Shown piece by piece: positions 62,949-64,000 of a DNA stretch of 64,000 nucleotides. This DNA comes from Candidatus Thorarchaeota archaeon (lineage in GTDB: Archaea; Asgardarchaeota; Thorarchaeia; Thorarchaeales; Thorarchaeaceae): contig DXJO01000046.1 in assembly GCA_019057475.1 (NCBI GenBank), forward strand, positions 32,001-96,000, given 5' to 3'. Each line of letters opens with the position of its first letter. The stretch's first letter is position 1. A model generated the notes under the pieces. That model ran no database searches. It was not told where the DNA came from and saw only the letters and a program-made list of their open reading frames with translations. The position numbers were made by a program, and so were the translations under genes.

Positions 62949-64000
62949 TTGAAGCGAGCAGGTATTGCACAACTCAAACTACATCCGGGGAAGGCACCCC
63001 ACTGGCTCGTTAAGCGCATGATGCCAATGGCTGGCGCGCTGTGTGAGTTCATTGTGGATGAATACGGTTCCAAGGAGTTGCTGAGAAGGCTCGCTGATCC
63101 TGTGTATTTCCAAGCCCTCGCAAACGTCCTCGGCTATGACTGGGATTCATCTGGTTCTACAACGGTGACATGTGGAGTGCTCAGGTCTGTGCTAAACTTC
63201 GACCAGCACAATGTGGTCGGAGCTGGAGGTAAGGGACTTATTTCTAGGAAGACTCCCGAGCAGCTCAAGGCACTGGAAGACTATGGACTTGACGGAACCA
63301 AACTCGCTAACATAAGCAAGGCTGTAGCCAAAGTGGACAATGCAGCTGTTCAAGATGGCTACCAGCTCTATCAACATCTGTTCTTTGTGGATGCTGAAGA
63401 GAACTGGACAGTGGTTCAACAGGGCATGGACAACAGTACTAGTGATGCAAGACGCTATCACTGGACCTCAGAGGAAACATCCAGTTTCATTGAAGAACCC
63501 CACACGGGCATGATTTCGGGACAAGTGAAGCCATCCACCCTAGATATGACCTCTAAAAAGTCAGATGAATGCAGGAAGACATCAGTCGACGTTGTGAAGG
63601 AAGAACCACTACGCATCAGAAGACTCTTCCATGATCTCAAGCCGTACGGTGAGAGCTCTCTGATACCATGGCTGGAAGAAGATGGATCAACAGGAAGCCT
63701 CCCCGCCTACAAGGTCATCCCGCATCGAATGAACTGGAATGCAGTGCGCAGGGCATATCAGACTCAACCCTCAAACTATGAAGAACTTCTCTTCATGAAT
63801 GGCATGGGACCTGCAACCATCAGAGGCCTAGCCCTCATTTCAGAGATGATCTTTGGCTCTGAGCCTTCTTGGGCAGACCCAGTGCGGATGACTTTCGCTT
63901 TTGGAGGAAAGGATGGAGTGCCCTTTCCCGTGCCGCGCAAGGATTACGACGATGCGATAGTCTTCATGGAGCAAGCTCTCAACGATGCCAAGATGGGCAG
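62949..64000 (+). CDS. DUF763 family protein, 3' end outside window
   Basis: Not in the ORF track. Manual translation: MKRAGIAQLKLHPGKAPHWLVKRM...LADPVYFQA...DWDSSGSTT...AKVDNAAVQDGYQLY...FAFGGKDGVPFPV. Confidence 0.9.
   Translation, partial: MKRAGIAQLKLHPGKAPHWLVKRMMPMAGALCEFIVDEYGSKELLRRLADPVYFQALANVLGYDWDSSGSTTVTCGVLRSVLNFDQHNVVGAGGKGLISRKTPEQLKALEDYGLDGTKLANISKAVAKVDNAAVQDGYQLYQHLFFVDAEENWTVVQQGMDNSTSDARRYHWTSEETSSFIEEPHTGMISGQVKPSTLDMTSKKSDECRKTSVDVVKEEPLRIRRLFHDLKPYGESSLIPWLEEDGSTGSLPAYKVIPHRMNWNAVRRAYQTQPSNYEELLFMNGMGPATIRGLALISEMIFGSEPSWADPVRMTFAFGGKDGVPFPVPRKDYDDAIVFMEQALNDAKMG

Noticed and set aside
1-64000. Selenoproteins (in-frame TGA) among the redox genes, and inteins in PolB or the helicases
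   Set aside because: Thioredoxin, OsmC and related ORFs use Cys and are full length; no intein-sized insertions or splice motifs were seen

Overview
Gene-dense archaeal chromosomal segment, most likely Asgard (Thorarchaeota-like; inferred from gene content, not proven). Housekeeping genes: a PolB1-type DNA polymerase, a nurA-herA-mre11-rad50 operon, archaeosine genes (arcS, RaSEA), an Hrq1/SftH-type helicase, two tRNA-Arg genes, tpiA, FBP aldolase/phosphatase, udp, ABCE1, OGG1, priL, AlkD, and ABC transporters. Two genes cut by the window edges are missing from the ORF track (GHL10-like at left, DUF763 at right). No CRISPR array, transposase, integrase or rRNA was seen. Best leads: (1) a cytosolic 596-aa protein with mu-homology-domain (adaptin/muniscin/delta-COP) hallmarks next to a metal-less MBL-fold protein; (2) a cytosolic IFT52-like GIFT domain fused to a coiled coil; (3) an unannotated C/D-box guide RNA with its own TATA box; (4) a translationally coupled pair of nicastrin/nicalin-like inactive M28 surface proteins with nine Ca-binding repeats each, near a heteromeric FtsX/MacB transporter; (5) an ABCE1 with a natural Cys-to-Ala change in an Fe-S ligand; (6) a surface GIFT-PHP enzyme in an operon with a YcgR/YcgQ-like permease pair; and several apparent pseudoenzymes. 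All family comparisons are by eye and from memory; no searches were run.
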